Source of the DNA: Paraphysomonas bandaiensis
Taxonomy: Eukaryota > Protista > Chrysophyceae
Assembly: GCA_965644295.1 (NCBI GenBank)
Contig: CBFFRP010000139.1
Location: 1 to 64,000 of the forward strand
Reading direction: 5' to 3'
DNA length: 64,000 nt
Made by a program: the position numbers and the translations under genes. This document shows, piece by piece, positions 58,378-64,000 of this stretch (positions are counted from its first letter, which is position 1; every line of letters begins with the position of its first letter). The notes under the pieces were generated by a model, which did no database searches, was not told where the DNA came from, and saw only the letters and a program-made list of their open reading frames with translations.

Positions 58378-59391
58378 ATGGAACAAAAAGGCCCAAGCAC
58401 AAAGGAGAGACTGAAAAGTATAGTCAATGACTTCGATAGTTTTGACTCGGAAATGAAAATTGGCACACGGGTTTGTGATCGATCCATGAGAATTCTATAA
58501 TTTGATTGTGTATCGTATAGCAACGCCGTGAAAAGGATGAATTTAGAATTGCTGAATTAAAAATGGAAATGAAACGACTTGACAATGAGCTGACAGCTGA
58601 AATAAAGAAAAGGACTGAGATGAATAAGTCGACACAGGCGGTATGAAAATATTTATTGAACACGTGGATATGTAACCGCATATGTCAGTGGTTTGAAGGT
58701 GAACTTCTTGCGCTGAATACGAAATTCCGCGATGTTCTCCAAGAGAAGAGTGAAGCATCGATGGACAAGTTGGAAATTCTGGACATGAGAATTACGAAGC
58801 TTGGGGAACAGTTTGATCGCGAGAAAACTGCTATACTTAATCAAATTGAGGAGAGGGGAAGAGAGTTGGCGGATATGCTCAACAAATTTAAGGTGTATGA
58901 TGATCGAAGCCGTGTCCAACTGTACTTATTTTTTGCTGCACAGGACGAGTTTGATCATGACAGAGAACTACGCCTAGCAAGAGATGCGCAAATGGTTAAA
59001 CAACTAACTGACCATGAGCACATAGTTGGTGAAAAGTTCGAGAAACAAATTGTGAGTAACTTGCATACATTGAGTTCGATTTTGTCTGACCGATACATTT
59101 CAGCAAGCACGAGAAGCACGCTATTCGGCCTTGCGAATAATGTTAGAAGACAATATAAAGCTTCGAGACAAGGCTGAAGAGAGATTTCAATCATTTTTTG
59201 AGCGGGAAGTTCATAGGCTGCATAATGATGTCCGCGAAGAATCAGAGGTAAGATACATTTCACTGATGTTCGTATTGGTTATATCTCTGAAGGTTCGCGA
59301 GAGGGAAGACGATGAAATTGTTGAAGCTCTAAATAGATACACGATAAAGTTGCAGACCAGTTTGAAATTACTCAACTCAACAGAGACATAA
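58378..59391 (+). CDS. SF-assemblin / beta-giardin family striated-fibre protein (multi-exon)
   Basis: Coiled-coil exons RRE...LTAEIKKRTEMNK and terminal EREDDEIVEALNRYTIKLQTSLKLLN. Confidence 0.85.
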
Positions 59392-59659
59392 GTGAATATT
59401 TTCGCGACTATCGTTATGGTGTCATATATTCAAGTTGTTCATATTTATACGCGGAAGTTACGAGAATACTTTGAGACACATGTTTCTGTAGCTGCGTATC
59501 AAGTGTTACTGCTGTGACAACGAAAGTGTTTCATTTCTGTACGTATGTTGTTATCTGATTAGTAAAGTTAGTAACTTCTGAAAGTGTGTTTTCCCTATTG
59601 GTACTGAAGTATAATGAAGAGTGTTAGAATTGTTTGTATATTCCTTGCTTGTGGTGAAT

Positions 59660-60737
59660 GTCTGATTATTAGCAATAGGCGTATAAGAGTTAGAATTAAT
59701 GTAGCAAAACAATTTAACTAACTTGTATCCTACTATTTTGCGCTACGAAAGCTGTCACCGCAAGCACGAAGGTGAAATCACTTTTGCTAACTAAGCAGTA
59801 GGTAGTCTTCGCTTGGCTAATCATGTGAACTTAATGACTGGTACTAAAAATAAAATCTACGGATGTGTTTAATTACTGCATTATGATACTAATATATTGC
59901 AATATATTGACAATATAGTACAACAGTATTGTTGGGCCGGTTTAAAAATTTCATCAATATCACTGGTGAGACGTTATCTAACTATCTAACAATACACAAA
60001 AGTATTGCAATATATTGTTCCCCTCAACAAGTCGGACTCGCACCTTTTCGTGGTGTTCTGAGTGGAAACTAACGTGAGTCGCAAACAAATGCAGCTATAT
60101 GAGAATATGATGTTACAAAACATAAGTAGCAGGAGCAGCATGTAACGCAATAAATGATTCTAATAAGAACTATATTGTGACTTTTTCTTTATCTAAATCC
60201 TCTCAGATACAAATTGCAGTAAAATAATAATTCAATACTTAGATATGAAACCTGGTGAAATCACTTTACCAGATTGAGGTATTACATCGACTTTTAGACA
60301 GTACATATTGTTTTGCCTACTCATAGCCTAATGCTTGTGTGGTACAAGGGACATTATAACTATCACTTGTGTAGACATCTTTGGGCCCTGACGAATGAAC
60401 ATCCATCAGGAAATGGGCCCACCTCAAGGGCATCCGGGGTATAGGGCTGCCTGCTGAAGTACGGACGTTCACAATAAGAAATTTAATAAACCTGAAGTCG
60501 GCAGATGTCAGGTACATCAACATTTTGCTTGCTCACAGCGTTTGCTTTGAGTGATAGAGCGGAAGTGGTTGACCTTGATGCTTGCGGCGACGCATAAGCA
60601 GCTTCCGTAGTGTTAAGTAGTAGGATATCAAAGTTAAGCAGTAGTTAGCTACAGGCAGATGTCTATTTATCTTGACTAGTTTTCATTTATTAGCTAGTGC
60701 TGATTCTTAACACCACCTAATGCTAAAAATAAGACTT
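59660..60737. repeat. Repeat island bounded by two oppositely oriented family A termini, with hAT-like CAATATATTG repeats at 59890-60020
   Basis: 59660-59790 is a reverse-orientation terminus; 60021-60090 and 60365-60737 are colinear with 18780-19238. Confidence 0.7.
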
Positions 60738-61278
60738 TAAATATAATATATTGTTTCCAGGGATATTGGATATTTTATATATATGATAAGCATCGAAAGT
60801 GATACTTAGAGATGAGGATCGGAGATTGTCCAGATGTCGTAAAACGTAAGAGTTTACGAGAGTTGAATAAGGTTAAGCTAGTTGAAATATCGGGATCATA
60901 CATCCGCCAATTTGTACCATTATACATATACGAAGTACAAAGTGTGATACAATTACTGGGAAGAATGAAGTCGAGTGCATTGGAGTAAAAATATTAGCTT
61001 AATATACAACAGACATGGGGATCATGTCACCACAGAACTAATGTGAATATCAAGTATCGCTTGGAATAAACTACGGGTGCTATCAGCATGTACAAGGCAC
61101 TAGAGGATCACATGATACAATTGAGCAAGGCTATTCTCAAGTTCCGATTTCAGAGTATTGACGTTGCTGTGTATCCTACTAATAGCAGCGCCACTAAAAT
61201 GAAAGGTTTATCAAAATGGAGGCCATCCCCAGAGCTCCCACTACGATTTGTCCCCAAACGTCTGCTCGAGCATTCTAA

Positions 61279-62815
61279 CTAAGTTTTAGCTGTCGCTGAC
61301 CCCATAACTTCCGATACAATGCTGTGAGTCTGTGCAACAGCGGCAGCTTCCAAACGCCGCCTTAAGTCTCCTGTGAAGTGCCGATTATACAAAAATACTA
61401 CAGCAAAATATTCTACCAATTTCACTATCCAGAAGCGCTAAGTCTCTTTGTACTGCTTCCTCTTTGACATCACCACTACTTGACATGCTAGCAGCATGCT
61501 GAGTCCGATATGGCAATGGATCATTGGTTTCATCGTAGAGAGGCTTCGAACTAACTTTTGAGCACCATGCACCAGTGATTCCAGTGTGCTCCGACAATAA
61601 ATCTTTATAATCTCTACTCGAATCTACTTTCGTTTCATTCTGAAGCATATCATTAATCGCAGTTTTGTACTTGTCCCGCTCATCTTTCATTTGTTGCAAC
61701 AATCCTTGCAGTTTCACCCGTTCGGTGCTCGACTGCCAGAGGAATAAGGAAACACGTGGAAATCTAGCTCATAGAACTTACCAATTCAATTTCGGCACGT
61801 ACAGTTTTAAGCTGCTGCTGAAGAAGGTCGTTGACAGCCTTTCAACATAATTGAATAAATGTAGCAACTTTCGTAATCAGCGAACCTGTAGCCGGGATGT
61901 TTCAGTTTGCGATTTTAACAGATCTGTTTTCAATCTGTATCGGTATATATCATTGGTACTAACAAAGTTAATTCATATCTCTTACGTAACAATCGCCGCC
62001 CGATATTGTGGTATTAAGGAGCTTTTCGAAGACTCAGACTTCAATGTCGCCATTTGAGCTTCAGTGGATACAGCTTCTCGACGCAGTCTAGCATTCTCTT
62101 CCTCCAGATTCTGACAAACCTCTAGCAATGTGCAATCCAGCGTTGAAGACTTATTATTCTAAAGCTATATGATGACACTATCCAATATTTTAAAACGAAA
62201 ATACCTCATCCTTTCTAGTACTCTTGACACCATCCAAGGTTAGTGCGTCGTGCATAATTCGTGATATTGCCTGTAGACCCTCCTTGAGCTTAATAATAAG
62301 ACTCATGTTAGTCTCAGTCGGCGTCATATGGCGTCCATGCATAGTATTCCTTTCAATTGCGGCTACTAAGGGTGCCAACTTTGCAGTTTCCATTTCTAAG
62401 ACCTTATGTTTTTTAATGAGATTCTCATTGGATTCCTTAAAATGCTGTCTCAACTCTTGCTCAATAGCTTGTGATTTGAGTTCGAAGTATTTATTGGACT
62501 CATCAAGATTATTCTTTTGAATTTTCAACGTTTTTTTCAAGTATGTCAATTCTTCTTCTCGAGAGAGCAGCTGGGCCTCAAGTCTATTTATGTAATCTTG
62601 TTGTTTGCGATTGAGTCCACTTCTCTCATGTGCAACTTGGGATGATCCAGTCGTGGGAGAAGTTTGATTAGTATGATTTGATAATAACGCCTTTTGTCGT
62701 GCACGTGATATTCTCTGTAACAGCATGACTCACAATATATCCAGAATACAAATATTACCATTGCCCGCTTTATGCCTGCAACATCATCGCATGTGTCATT
62801 ATCAGAATCCGTCAT
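61279..62815 (-). CDS. Uncharacterised multi-exon coiled-coil protein
   Basis: Heptad-rich ORFs 62190-62726 and 61385-61717 linked by GT-AG introns; ATG at 62815; last exon ends SATAKT-stop. Confidence 0.65.
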
Positions 62816-64000
62816 AATAATTCTTGAGTGTTAACCAGTACTTTAAATTAGAATATAAACTCTTGTGTACAACAAAGTTGACGCTTATTGTAGTTATAGT
62901 GATATATAAGCACAATTTTAATTGCTATTTTCTGTTCAGATTTTGTGAACCTAACGAATAGAATCCTGGAAAAAGAGAAAAATCGGAAATTTTGAAAATA
63001 CTCGCTGTTTCTATACGTAGAAAAAATCCTCGAACTTGATTTGTAGGAGAGCCATATGATGCATATTGTATGATGTTTCCAACCAAGCAGTGAGGGACTG
63101 CAGCTGTGGTTAATACATCTGTTCTGAGACTGGTACTGATGATGAAGATGATGAAAAGGTACACATGATGTTGCGACCTTCTCTGAGTGGGTTGGGAATG
63201 CGGTTTTTCCAAAACAGACAGCTGTATTACCTGAAAACACGAAATGTCAGGCTAATATGAAGACGTTTATATCAGGGACTGACACACTCTCTGATGGATG
63301 GAGTTCACTGTCCAGGATGCCACCAACACTACACAAGATACAAGGGCCTTGTGGGTCGCTCCAAACAAACCAGAAAGGATCAGCGACGAAAACCTCATCC
63401 TACATCCTTGAGGATAAAGAAGAGTGTTTTATGTTTAGCTACTAAAATGGTGTAAAACGAAGATGGCTTGCAATGCCTTCGATGTCCTGTTTGCTAAACC
63501 GGCGACAAACTGCAGTAATTTCTCATTCATCTGACAATATATGCGGCTCAAGTTAGTTTCCCGGAGAACTTATTCCCCAGAACACCAATCGCAAGAATTA
63601 TTGTCAACCTAAAATATGAGATTCGTGACTGTACAAGATACGTTGTTTTGTAATTGGTTCTAATGCTCCTTGCAACCATATTTTGCTGTTATACTATTAG
63701 TCTTTATTCTTAATGAGAAGTATTTAATAATTACCCGTTGACAAATACGATGCGTATTTCTCATTGACTATTTTGCAACTAGCAATAAATCTTAATACCT
63801 ACGTATTATATACCAAGTTGATGTCATTGTCGGCCTACTGTGCAATTCTAAATGCTGCAATCATGTTCTAGAGAAGATGACATTGCAAGAGAAAAATCAT
63901 ATGCTTCAAATCGTAGCATACTCACTTGAAAGGAGGAACAAAAATTATTTCAGTAACCTTATTAGTGATTTAGGTGTCCTAGTAATTGCAGCAATTAAAA

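Overview
Eukaryotic nuclear DNA with many short (about 40-70 nt) GT-AG introns. An aureochrome (bZIP+LOV) points to an ochrophyte stramenopile, and SF-assemblin suggests a flagellate; a chrysophyte-like organism is my inference only. About 20 host genes are supported: GT47-like, sulfatase, TPR-2OG oxygenase, microbial-type PARG, aureochrome, GBP-like, RPL27A, sulfotransferase, PhoD, ARM-repeat, LEA2-like, TopoVIB-like, THOC1, histone H3, QTRT2, TruB, ankyrin-IWR1, ankyrin-F-box, SF-assemblin and a coiled-coil protein. Sixteen of them sit in compact head-to-head pairs separated by transposon islands. Mobile DNA comprises one intact Copia (TA...CA LTRs) and its solo LTR, one doubly deleted Copia with identical LTRs, a hAT-type MITE family, Mutator-like TIR elements with unrelated interiors (Pack-MULE-like), a hAT transposase relic, an unclassified repeat family and a 460-bp near-perfect inverted duplication. 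Best candidates for new biology: (1) an extra conserved module after the integrase in both Copias, whose insertions fall in or against MITEs; (2) gene-fragment capture by MULE-like and MITE elements; (3) a foldback hairpin on a gene 3' end; (4) a degenerate, possibly meiotic, TopoVIB-like gene. All alignments and counts were done by eye; no searches were run.
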